Source of the DNA: Macrostomum lignano
Taxonomy: Eukaryota
Direction: 5' to 3'
DNA: 64,000 nucleotides
NCBI GenBank assembly: GCA_002269645.1
Contig: NIVC01003377.1
Location: forward strand, 1-64,000
Shown here: positions 31,070-43,247 of the stretch, piece after piece
Layout: each line of letters begins with the position of its first letter
How positions within the stretch are numbered: the first letter of the stretch is position 1
Made by a program: the position numbers and the translations under genes
Notes under the pieces: model-generated
Told to the model about the DNA's origin: nothing
The model's input: only the letters and a program-made list of their open reading frames with translations
Databases searched by the model: none

Positions 31070-32100
31070 TTAAACTAGCAATCAGCGCCCCCCGTTGGGG
31101 AGCCAAAAAAATGCAGTACAAGTTTTTTTAATAAACTACATGTAAGCGTCTCTTTGCATTATACCTTGTAAGCCTTGACATGTCAGAAAATCCCCCCACA
31201 AGCCTTAGCATATCAACCCCCTTGACATCTTAGCAATGCCCCATAAGCCTTGCAATCTTAAAAAATCTGTCAACCTTCTAACCCTAACCCTAACCCTAAA
31301 GCATTGACATTTCAGTAATTCTCTCCAACAGTCATTATAGCACTACAGCATTATAGCGATTCCCTGCAAGCCTCGACATCGTAGGGATTCCCAAATGAAT
31401 CTCTTAACTTCGACATGAAGCTTCTTTTATTTTTTACATTACACTTTTTCTATCAGCAATCCCTCCCGTGAGGAGCCAACAAATAATGAAAAAAAGTTTT
31501 AAATAGAATACATGTAGCTTCTGACTTTAGCCTTGACATCTCATTTATTCCCCCATGAGCCTTGACATCTCAGCTATTCCCCTGTAAGCCTTGACATGTC
31601 AGCAATGCCCCGCATAAACCTTGATATCTGAAAAATCCCCTGTTAACCTTGAAACCCGCTAAAATCTAACCCTCAACCCAAACCTGACCTAAACCTAACT
31701 TTAACCCAACCTATAAAAGCCTTGAAATCTCAGCAATTCTTCTCCCCTAAGCCTTGACAATTTAGTGATTCTTTCTTCAAGAATCACAGCACTATAGCAA
31801 TTCCCTCCAAGCCTTGACATTGTGGCAATTCCCAAATGAATCTTTTAACTTCGACATGACTCTTCTTTTATGTATACATAGTGCTTCTTTTCTTTTTTAC
31901 ATGACTCTTCTTCTATCAGCGCCCCCCCCCCCGTGGCGAGCCAACAAAGAATGTTATAAAAAAATTGAGTAAAGTACATGTACTTTGAAGTAGCTTCTGA
32001 CTTTTGCTTTGACATCTCAGAAACCCCCCCCCCGTAATCTCAGTTATTCTCTGAGAGCCTTGACATCTTAGTAATTCTCCCCAGCACAGCACGATGGCTT
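31070..32100. repeat. Three diverged ~375-465-bp tandem units rich in GCCTTGACAT subrepeats, containing (TAACCC)3
   Basis: Unit heads ATCAGC..CCCCCG..GAGCCAA at ~31081, ~31452 and ~31915; TAACCCTAACCCTAACCC at 31279. Confidence 0.7.
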
Positions 32101-32149
32101 CATTTAATTTTTACATGACACTTCTTTCATGTCTGACATTTTTTATTGT

Positions 32150-34135
32150 CACTTGATTTTTTATGTCAGTATGATTTTTTTACATGACGCTTTCATGATT
32201 GTTTACATGACGCTTCTATGATTTTTTATATGACGCTTCTATGATTTTTTACATGACGCTTCTATGACTTTTTCATGACGCTTCTATGATTGTTTACATG
32301 ACGCTTCTATGATTTTTTACATGACGCTTCTATGATATTTTACATGACGCTTCTATTATTGTTTACATGACGCTTATATGATTTTTTATATGACGCTTAT
32401 ATGATTTTTTACATGGCGCTTTTATGATTTTTTAACTGACGCTTTGATGATTTTTTACATGACGCTTTCATGATTGTTTACATGACGCTTCTATGATTTT
32501 TTACATGGCGCTTCTATGATTTTTTACATGGCGCTTCTATGATTTTTTACATGACGCTTCTATGATTTTTTACATGACGCTTCTATGATTGTTTACACAA
32601 CGCTTCTATGATTTTTTACATGACGCTTCTATGATTTTTTCATGACGCTTCTATGATTTTTTACATGACGCTTCTATGATTGTTTACATGACGCTTCTAT
32701 GATTTTTTACATGACGCTTCTGCGATTGTTTACATGACGCTTCTATGATTTTTTACATGACGCTTCTGCGATTGTTTACATGACGCTTCTATAATTGTTT
32801 ACATGACGCTTATATGATTTTTTAAATGACGCTTCTAAGATTTTTTACATGACGCTTCTATGATTGTTTACATGACGCTTCTATGATTGTTTACATGACG
32901 CTTCTGCGATTGTTTACATGACGCTTCTATAATTGTTTACATGACGCTTATATGATTTTTTACATGACGCTTCTATGATTTCTCAAATGACGCTTCCATT
33001 AGTTTTTATATAAGGCTTCTATGATTTTTTACATGACGCTTCTATGATTGTTTACATGACGCTTCTATGATTGTTAGATGACGCTTCTATGATTGTTTAC
33101 ATGATGTTTTTATGATTGTTTACTTGACGCTTCTATGATTGTTTACATGACGCTTCTATGATTTTTTATATGATGCTTATATGATTTTTTACATGCCGCT
33201 TTTATGATTTTTTAACTGACGCTTCGATGATTTTTTACATGACGCTTTCATGATTGTTTACATGACGCTTCTATGATTTTTTTATATGACGCTTTCATGA
33301 TTGTTTACATGATGCTTCTATTATTTTTTACATGACGCTTCTATGACTTTTCATGGCGCTTCTATGATTTTTTACATGACGCTTTTATGATTTTTTACAT
33401 GACGCTTATATGATTTTTAAATGACGCTTCTATGATTGTTTATATGACGCTTCTATGCTTTTTTACATGACGCTTCTATGCTTTTGTACATGACGCTTAT
33501 ATGATTGTTTACATGACGCTTCTATGATTGTTTACATGACGCTTCTATGATTTTTTACATGACGCTTCTATGATTTTTTACATGACGCTTCTATGATTTT
33601 TTACATGACGCTTCTTTGATTTTTTACATGACGCTTCTATGATTTTTTCATGACGCTTCTATGATTGTTTACATGACGCTTCTATGATTTTTTACATGAC
33701 GCTTCTATGATTTTTTACATGACGCTTCTGTGATTTTTTACATGACGCTTCTATGATTTTTTACATGACGCTTCTATGATTCTCTACATGAGGCTTCTAT
33801 GATTTTTTACATGACGCTTCTATGATTCTCTACATTATGCTTCTATGATTGTTTACACGACGCTTCTATGATTTTTTCATGACGCTTTCATGATTGTTTA
33901 CATGACGCTTCTATGATTTTTTACATGACGCTTCTATGATTTTTTACATGACGCTTCTATGATTTTTTCATGACGCTTTCATGATTTTTTACATGACGCT
34001 TCTATGATTGTTTACATGACGCTTCTATGATTTTTACATGACGCTTCTATGATTGTTTACATGACGCTTTTATGATTTTTTACATGACGCTTCTATGATT
34101 TTTTACATGACACTTCTATGATTGTTTACATGACA
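32150..34135. repeat. 23-bp minisatellite (ATGACGCTTCTATGATTTTTTAC)n, ~85 copies
   Basis: Directly visible, with TTGTT/TTTTT variants. Confidence 0.97.
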
Positions 34136-34187
34136 CTCTTGTCCTTTATTTGTCCTTTAATAAAAGCTTTTAATAAAAAAACTTTTC

Positions 34188-34252
34188 ACTACCAAGATTC
34201 GAACCCAGGTCGCTGCATTTGCAGTCTAGTCTGTTCACATCTAGGCTAGCTC
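34188..34252 (-). pseudogene. Degenerate tRNA-like sequence (Cys GCA-like loop) or tRNA-derived SINE head
   Basis: Minus strand reads TAGCCTAGATGTG (A-box-like), AGA-CT-GCA-AA, then CTGGGTTCGAATCTTGG (T-arm/B-box). The anticodon stem does not pair, so it is not a functional tRNA. Confidence 0.55.
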
Positions 34253-36064
34253 TTATCGTATTTATAAATGAAATTGTAGCACTTATATTATTCAACACTC
34301 ACTCACGAAGCAGTTATGACATAATCAATTTCCCAGGCAAGTCAGTATCAGTCTCAATTAAAGTTGACAATATGGTTACCCAATCTAAATCACGTCTGGT
34401 GCTACGCTTCCACACTGCATTTTCAATACTGTGACGCAATTCAAGTCGGAGTTACAATTCATTTATGATGCAATCTATTTCAGAATCAGAATTCAACCAG
34501 TCAGTTTTTTCTCTAGCATTCTTACAATGCATTTCAAGTCGAAAAGTTTGCTTGACCTTTGCAAAAAAGCATGTTTTTCGAATATTTAATCGCTTTAACA
34601 TGGAGCAATTTCTTAGCCAAGATGCATGTACCGTAACGGGAAAATTTCTGATCGAACAGTGCAAGTCTCATAAAAATCGGTTAAGCCATTTTTTCTCTAA
34701 TCAATTACAAGCAAGCAAGCAAGATTTTCATTTTTAGTATATTGGATTTATCCTGATTTAAGATGAAATTTTAAAATGGCAAGAAATAATTAGCAGATGT
34801 CTGATATAAATGTAATGCCCGCATAATGGCAAGAAGAAATAATTAGCAGATGTGTATAACATTTAAGTTTTAACTGGTTACTGATATAGAAATAAAAAAT
34901 TTTAAAGATAGGCTCTATACTATAAAGTTATTTTTCTTGTTTCTTATATTAAATAATAATAATAATAATAATAATTTTGTTGCTCCTCTGTCATCTTAGG
35001 CCTAAAGTTAAACAAATTGACTCTAACTAAAATATCTAAAACTAAAACCTCAAATAATATTAACCACTAGTAGATAAATTGGATTACCTGTGCCCGACTA
35101 AGCTTTGAGGCCTCAAAGAATAAGTCTTTGCAGATTAATTAAAGCTTGCAATTAATAAGCCTTGCAATCCTAAATAAAACCATCAATATACTAATTATTT
35201 CCCCAATCAATGTTAAGAGTGCATGATGCTTAGTTGCATAGTCCAGAAAAGGTGTGGTATGCCAGATAAATCCAGCGTACACTCACAACTTTTGGCATAC
35301 ACTTGGCATACATTTTTTTTTAAATCTGGCGCACTATCTAGCATATAAAAGTGGAGAGTGAAAAAGTGGCATATATGTTCCTGTAGTTGTAGAATCAAAT
35401 TGTGAAATAAAAGAAAATTGAAATGGAAAATGATTGTTTTGAAAAAAGGAAAGAAATCTTGGCATGTATTGACTTTCCACTGGCATTGTAAAGAATATAA
35501 GCAAAAAGCAAAAAATGAAATAAAAAAGCAAAAAAGGGTCATTTGGTACATTGCAACACTAGAAATAAGGCTCATAATGAGGCAATTTTTTTCTGGGATT
35601 ACAATTTTGGGTTGGAAAAAATTTGGTATATATACTAAAAAATTATAGGAATTTTTAGTCTGGTATATATTCAAGGTGTTCCAAACTATAGGCTTAGTTT
35701 ATTGGTTCTGCAACCTATCTGCCTCATTAGGAAAATAAATGCAAAAGAAGAAAAAGAAATTCATTTCCCTTGAAAAGAAAAAACTAAACCTAAACAAAGA
35801 ATTTCTATCTGAATCTCTAGACTGCCTGACAAAACCATTGCTTTCTAGGGTACTATGCTATCATTGTATCTAGATCTAACATAGCCAATATAGATTCTTG
35901 CTACTGCCAAAATTTGATAATACAAATGAAACATTGTTTGTACTTAAGTTATAGTTGACTTATGACTTATGACTTACTGTAGTTATATCACTTAAAAGGA
36001 TTCTGCCCCCCTCTTGGTAGAATGTCTTAAAATCAGATTTTTGGAAAGAGAAATTTCAGGGCCA

Positions 36065-36742
36065 TTGTGCTAAAACCCACAGTCAATTATATCTGGCCAT
36101 TGGCCCATTGCGCCACATCCCATAGCCAATCATATCTGGCCATTGCGCTGCATCCCACAGCCAATCCTATCTGGCCATTGCACCACATCCTGCAGCCAAT
36201 CACATTTGGTCATTGTGCCAAATCCCACAGTCAATTATATCTGGCCATTGCACTGCATCCCACAACTAATCACATCTATCACATCTGGCCATTGCGCCAC
36301 ATCCTGCAGCCAATCACATTTGGCCTTTGTGTCACATCCCACAACCAATCATATCTGGCCATTGCGCTGCATCCCACAACCAATCATATCTGGCCATTGT
36401 GCCACATCTTGCAGCCAATCACATTTGGCCATTGTGCCAAAACCCACAGCCAATCATATCTGGCCATTGCGCTGCATCCCACAACCAATCATATCTGGCC
36501 ATTGCGCTGCATCCCACAACCAATCACATCTGGCCATTGCGCTGCATCCCACAGCCAATCATATCTGGCCATTGCGCTGCATCCCACAGCCAATCATATC
36601 TGGCCATTGCGCTGCATCCCACAGCCAATCATATCTGGCCATTGCGCTGCATCCCACAACCAATCACATCTGGCCATTGCGCTGCATCCCACAACCAATC
36701 ACATCTGGCCATTGCGCTGCATCCCACAGCCAATTACATCTG
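36065..36742. repeat. 35-bp minisatellite (ATCTGGCCATTGCGCTGCATCCCACAGCCAATCAT)n immediately upstream of the WDR24 ATG
   Basis: Period 35; ends ~18 nt before ATG 36760. Confidence 0.95.
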
Positions 36743-36759
36743 GACCAGCGGCCGTCGCC

Positions 36760-39700
36760 ATGAAGGGGGGCACTCGGGTGGTGCACGACTTCCACTTCAA
36801 CCGGTCCACGCCGTCCTGCAACCTGTACCTGGCCCTGCAGCAGTCGAAGAGTCTGGTTGCCGTGGCCGGCCGCACCGTGTTCAAAATCTTCCGCCTGGAC
36901 GAGTGCAGAGATGAGCCGGCGGGAGGCTACAGCCTGTCCGACATGCACATTCTGCCCAACAACTACCAGCGCAAGTCCAAGCAGAATCTCAGCGGCCTCG
37001 ACACGGCCATCGCCGACATCGTCTGGAGCCCCAGCGACGAGTCCAAGCTGGCCTGGGGCTCCACCAACAACAAGGTGTTCGTGCTGGACATCAACAAGGA
37101 GAAGTACAGGATGTTCCAGTGCCACAGCCGCTCCGTCAACTGCGTGGTTTTTCACCCCAGCACGCCGCTGCTGCTCAGCAGCTCCAACGATGGCAGCGTG
37201 TTCTGCTACGACCTGCGCAGCCCGGAGACCGAGGCCGTCGCCTGCGCCAACTTCAGCACAGGCGGCGACAATGCGGTTCGCTGCATCGACTTCTCCCGCG
37301 TCAACGAGAACCTCTTCGCCACGGGGCAGGAGTCTGGCACCATTCAGGTTGGTTCAGGTCACCTGGCTTGCTTGTCTGTAGCTCTGTCTGTCATCTGGCT
37401 GGGTTGTCTGTAGCTCTGTCTGTCACCTGGCTGGGTTCCGGGGTTGTCTGTAGCTCTATCTGTCATCTGGCTGGATTGTCTGTAGCTCTGTCTGTCACCT
37501 GGCTGGATTGTCTGTAGCTCTGTCTGTCACCTGGCTGGGTTGTCTGTAGCTCTATCTGTCATCTGGCTGGATTGTCTGTAGCTCTGTCTGTCATCTGGCT
37601 GGATTGTCTGTAGCTCTGTCTGTCACCTGGCTGGGTTGTCTGTAGCTCTATCTGTCATCTGGCTGGATTGTCTGTAGCTCTGTCTGTCACCTGGCTGGAT
37701 TGCCTGTAGCTCTGTCTGTCACCTGGCTGGGTTGTCTGTAGCTCTATCTGTCATCTGGCTGGATTGTCTGTAGCTCTGTCTGTCACCTGGCTGGATTGCC
37801 TGTAGCTCTGTCTGTCACCTGGCTGGGTTGTCTGTAGCTCTATCTGTCATCTGGCTGGATTGTCTGTAGCTCTGTCTGTCATCTGGCTGGATTGTCTGTA
37901 GCTCTGTCTGTCACCTGGCTGGGTTGTCTGTAGCTCTATCTGTCATCTGGCTGGATTGTCTGTAGCTCTATCTGTCATCTGGCTGGATTGTCTGTAGCTC
38001 TGTCTGTCATCTGGCTGGATTGTCTGTAGCTCTGTCTGTCACCTGGCTGGGTTGTCTGTAGCTCTATCTGTCATCTGGCTGGATTGTCTGTAGCTCTGTC
38101 TGTCACCTGGCTGGATTGCCTGTAGCTCTGTCTGTCACCTGGCTGGGTTGTCTGTAGCTCTATCTGTCATCTGGCTGGATTGTCTGTAGCTCGGTCTGTC
38201 ACCTGGCTGGATTGTCTGTAGCTCGGTCTGTCACCTGGCTGGGTTGTCTGTAGCTCAGTCTGTCACCTGGCTGGATTGTCTGTAGCTCGGTCTGTCATCT
38301 GGCTGGATTGTCTGTAGCTCGGTCTGTCACCTGGCTGGATTGTCTGTAGCTCGGTCTGTCACCTGGCTGGGTTGTCTGTAGCTCAGTCTGTCACCTGGCT
38401 GGATTGTCTGTAGCTCGGTCTGTCACCTGGCTGGATTGTCTGTAGCTCTGTCTGTCATCTGGCTGGATTGGCTCTCTTCTGGGCCTTCTCACTCCGCCTC
38501 CAAATAGCTCAGCCGACCCCCAACTGCAGGTGTGGGACATCCGCAACACGCAGAAGCCGGAGCGCAGCTTCCACGCTCAGCACAGCGTCATCACCTGCAG
38601 CTGGCACCCGAACAGCCAGTTCAACTGGCTGGCCACCGGCTGCCATCGGCAGAACACCATCGGCATCCTGGACTTCAGCAGCACCCACTTCACCGCCGTG
38701 CGGCACCTGGACACCATCCAGTGCATCTCGCCTGTGCTGAAGGTCCGCTGGCGTCCTGACTGCGACATGCACATCGCCTCCACAGCCAAGACCTGCGACA
38801 AGAACATCTACGTGTGGGACCTCGCCAGCCACTACCTGCCCGACCGCATCTTCGAGGAGCACACGGGCGACATGGTCACCGGCTTCGACTGGGTCGGGCC
38901 CGACTGGCTTCTGTCCGTGGGCAAGGACGGTCGCATCATCCTGCACCACTACAGCGACGGCTACCGGCCCGCAGACTGGGTGAACCCCTGCTCCCTGGCC
39001 GTCAGCTGCCGCGGCTCCCTAGCAGCCTCGCAGAGCACCAAGAAGCTGCCAGCTGATCCCAATGTGCTGTCCGTGCAGCTGATGCAGCTGCAGACTCAGC
39101 CGCCGCCCCCGCAGCAGCAGCAGCCGGCGCTTGGCCGCAACTTCAGCCTGACCAACGCTGTCGGCGTCTCGGGTGCCGGTGCCAGGCACCGAGGCAGCGC
39201 CGCCAGCGCCTCTTCCGCCGTCACGGCCACCATTGTGCAGTGGAACCGGACCTCCACGCCTGGTGAGCTGGGAGATGAAGGCTGAAACGTCCCGGCTGAA
39301 ACTTGCTGATTTGAAAACTAGGTTTTGTGAATCTAGGTCATTTATGAATAGTAGAATCGCCACTGACCAGTTCTCTAGAATCGCCTCTGACCAGTCATCT
39401 AGAATCGCCCCTGACCAGTTCTCTAGAATCGCCTCTGACCAGTCATCTAGAATCGCCTCTGACCAGTTCTCTAGAATCGCCCCTGGCCAGTCCCCTAGAA
39501 TCGCCCCTGACCAGTTCTCTAGAATCGCCCCTGATTAGTTCTCTAGAATCGCCCCTGACCAGTTCTCTAGAATCGCCCCTGACCAGTCCTAGAATCGTCC
39601 CTGGCCAGTCCCCTAGAATCGCCCCTGGCCAGTCCCCTAGAATCGTCCCTAGCCAGTCCCCTAGAATCGCCCCTGACCAGTTCTCTAAAATCGCCCCTGA

Positions 39701-41285
39701 CCTGTTCTCTAGAATCGCCCCTGACCAGTTCTCTAGAATCGGCCCTGACCAGTCCTAGAATCGCCCCTGGCCAGTCCCCTAGAATCGCCCCTGGCCAGTC
39801 CCTAGAATCGCCCCTGACCGGCCATTACGAACCGCTAACTCGAATTCAATCCGAATCCCAGGCGAATACAACCTGGTCGAGTACAGGTGTCCGAGCCAGA
39901 AGCTGCCCCTCGGTACGGACAGTTTCGTCCACCTGGCCAAGCACTACCGGCTGTCCGGCGCCTCCCTCTCGGAAGTTTGCGCGCACAACTTTCAGCTGGC
40001 CGCCGGCCTCGGCCTGGACAGCGCCGCCTGTCTCTGGCAGCTGGTGCTCTGCGCGTTCGGCGTCGAAGAGGAGGCCTTGGCCGCCGCTTCCGCTGCCAAC
40101 GCGGCCTCAGCAGCCGAGGCGTCGGCCAGCCTCAACTTGCCGGAGCATCAGCTCGTAGCTGATGAGCTCGCTGGCGGTGGCGGCATCAACTCCGCCTCGA
40201 TGTCCGTGACCTCGGCGTCGGCATCTGCGCCGGCCAACATGCCGAACTCCGAGTCGGTGTCCGCCCTCCTGTCGCTCGACGACGTCGATGCTGACCGTCG
40301 CCTTGGCCTTGGCGGCAGCGCTGGTGGCGGCGGCGGCAGCAGCAGCGGCGGCTTTGCCTTTATTGACGCCGGCCTGCAATCGGACAGCGCCACCCTCGAC
40401 GACGACTTCGACGGAGGCGGCGCCGGGGCCGGCGTTGGCGGCGACACGGACGTCGGCGAGTTGGACGCCGCTTCGGCTGGCGGCTTTGGCGACGCGAGCT
40501 CCAAGGAGCCGAACGACTACCTGTTCAGCGACGGCGAGCCCGCCACCGCGGACGAGGAGTTCTTCGCCGACGGGACCGGAACCGGCGCCGCGCCGCTGGA
40601 GCAGAGCCAGCTGCCGCTGCAGGGCCTGTGGCAGCAGAAGCCGCAGCAGGCTCAGCAGCATCGCAAGCGTCGGCAGCAGCGGTCGGGCAGCTGGCAGCTG
40701 CTGCAGCAACAGCAGCAGCAACAGCAGCAGCAGCCGCCGCAGCACCAGCAGGAGTTTTTGCCGTCGGATCTGCCGCCACTGACCGCCAAGCTGGAGGCCG
40801 ACCTCAGCGGCATGGTGACGGACGCGATGTACGAGCTGGTGAACTGTGGCCACGTGCAAACTGTCGCCACGGCCTGCGTGCTGCTCGGGGACCGGCTGCG
40901 GGACAAGCTGGACGAGTCCGTGGCCGAGACCTGGATGCTGAGCTACATCGACCTGCTGCACTCGCACCAGCTGTTTGTGGAGAGCGCAGCTCTGATCGGC
41001 GCCTGCGGCTTCCTGCCCAACGTGGCCCTGCTGAACCAGCAGAGCACCTCCATCAGCCTGATCTGCGCCGCCTGCAACTATCCCAGCAAGCAGGGATTCA
41101 CCTGCGCCAGGAGCCTCTGCAAGCAGCGCCCTCTGCTGTGCGTCATCTGTCATCGGACTGTGCGCGGTCTCTACCTGTGGTCCCGCGCCTGCCAGCACGG
41201 CGGCCACTTTGACCACCTCATGGACTGGTACTCCAAGAATTCCGTGTGCCCAGAGTGCGGCGCCAGTGTGGATTTCGGCATCTGA
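36760..41285 (+). CDS. WDR24: GATOR2 subunit WDR24 (WD40 propeller plus C-terminal zinc/RING region), 914 aa; exons 36760-37347, 38530-39262, 39862-41285
   Basis: VAVAGRTVFKIF; HSRSVNCVVFHP..LLSSSNDG; GTIQ|VWDIR; ITCSWHP..WLATG; VLKVRWRPDC..HIAS..DKNIYVWD; FVHLAKHYRLSG..EVCAHN; WMLSYIDLLH; CVICHRTVRGLYLW...HGGH. Splice phases 0 and 1 are consistent; 2745 nt. Confidence 0.93.
37355..38470. repeat. 32-bp minisatellite (CTGTAGCTCTGTCTGTCACCTGGCTGGATTGT)n in WDR24 intron 1
   Basis: About 35 tandem copies. Confidence 0.97.
39350..39820. repeat. 24-bp minisatellite (CTAGAATCGCCCCTGACCAGTTCT)n in WDR24 intron 2
   Basis: About 19 copies. Confidence 0.95.
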
Positions 41286-41339
41286 GCATAGCGATAGGTG
41301 TTAGCATAGCAGCATAGCAACGGCTGTCTAACAGAATCT

Positions 41340-41945
41340 GAGCATACTGAGCATAGCAACGGGAATCTAACAGCATCTGAGCATACTCAGCATAGCAACG
41401 GGAATCTAACAGCATCTGAGCATACTCAGCATAGCAACGGGAATCTAACAGCATCTGAGCATACTCAGCATAGCAACGGGAATCTAACAGCATCTGAGCA
41501 TACTCAGCATAGCAACGGGAATCTAACAGCATCTGAGCATACTCAGCATAGCAACGGGAATCTAACAGCATCTGAGCATACTCAGCATAGCAACGGGAAT
41601 CTAACAGCATCTGAGCATACTCAGCATAGCAACGGGAATCTAACAGCATCTGAGCATACTCAGTATAGCAACGGGAATCTAACAGCATCTGAGCATACTG
41701 AGCATAGCAACGGGAATCTAACCGCATCTGAGCATACTGAGCATAGCAACAGGAATCTAACAGCATCTGAGCATACTGAGCATAGCAACAAGAATCTAAC
41801 AGCATCTGAGCATACTGAGCATAGCAACAAGAATCTAACAGCATCTGAGCATAGCAACAAGAATCTAACAGCATCTGAGCATAGCAACAAGAATCTAACA
41901 GCATCTGAGCATAGCAACAAGAATCTAACAGCATCTGAGCATAGC
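41340..41945. repeat. 39-bp minisatellite (GCATCTGAGCATACTCAGCATAGCAACGGGAATCTAACA)n just 3' of the WDR24 stop, with 30-bp variants at the end
   Basis: Period 39 (41401, 41440, etc.). Confidence 0.95.
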
Positions 41946-43247
41946 ACAGGTGTCTAAAAGCGTCTCTGAGTCTTGCAGGGGGGGGGGGGGTGCGGTGTCT
42001 GGATTAGCTGTATCGTTCCTTCATATTCCTTTCCTGGGCGGCAGCTCTTGACATTGTTCTGGCGTATAAGATTATTGGGTATGGATAAAGCTCAGGTGTG
42101 TCCGAAGTCTTTCTGCTTCTTTCTGTCTATGCTAAATACAAGAGCAATAGCGTAATCTGATGCGTCATGTATAGCATAATATGTTAGAGGTTATATTAGA
42201 AATCTGCTCAATATTAGTTGATTTTTCATAATTTAAATGCCATGCTCTCTATGCTACTCGAGTAGTGAATTGTGAGAACGAGAAGATTTTTCAGATTGTG
42301 CACCTTAATACATTATTAATCAGCTTGCAATCAAGAACGAATACATTTATGGCTTTCTTAATGCGCGCCACAGTAATTTCTTTAATTCCTTCATTCTGTA
42401 AATTATATAGAAATTCGCTCATTGTGGATAAATATACCAGCCTTGACTAAAACTTCACGGAGTTTTTTCTCGTCTTTCTTTTTTTGCTTTTTTGGATATT
42501 TATTTTAATGTACATAGTTTTTATGTCACTTAGTCTTGAGGGGAGTAACTTGGGACCGGATCGTCTTGCCGATATGTAGAGTAATCATCTTTTTATTCAC
42601 GATTCGACCGTTAAAAGCATTAAACGTGTTTCGTGTTTTTTGGTTTTTTCCGCAGCTAGTTTTTCGTGTCTTTTGTAATAGTTGGACAGTCTTTGCATAC
42701 ATCAATTAAATGTTTATTAGCTCGTATGCTATGCTCACTCCAAATTAGTTGTCTCAAATTCTTTACCTGTAAAAAACGGGCCAAGAATTACATATCCGAA
42801 CGACCTACAGTGCTGACAGACAGTGCAAGGGCAAAATGGCTCACTCAGTCCAGTGCGTGGCCCGTGGCCGTGGGCGACGCCAGTGGGCTCATTCCTTTAG
42901 ACGGGGATAGATAGAAAACGTCGCCCCAACGTTCCCCAAGCCTGCCCAGTGTACATTGGAGGAAAATGTACGTCGAACCGCACGGCCGCACGCACTCTGG
43001 GCTAAAAATAGATGCGTGGACGAAATTGCGTGTGTTCTATTTTTAGAAACACCACTAGCTGCTATATTGGCAAAGCATTTTCATTTCTTTCCTGCCTGAC
43101 CCTCTCGTTTTGTTGCAGCTCAAGAAGAACCCGGCTAACTTGCACAAATTAACTGGATCTAACCGAAAAGCAAAAGGCAATACAAAAGCAAGCAGTTCCG
43201 TATATTTGATACATACAAGACAGTGAAAAATTGCTTTGAAACAAGAA

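Noticed and set aside
31279-31299. (TAACCC)3 as a telomere or healing site
   Set aside because: Only three copies, embedded in a repeat unit with ordinary sequence on both sides.
35213-35674. 153-aa AT-rich ORF and overlapping small ORFs
   Set aside because: F/I/L/K-biased composition typical of random AT-rich DNA; no motif.
36067-36759. N-terminal extension of WDR24 in the 448-aa ORF
   Set aside because: Derived from the 35-bp array; homology starts near ATG 36760, which has a good Kozak context (GCCATGA).
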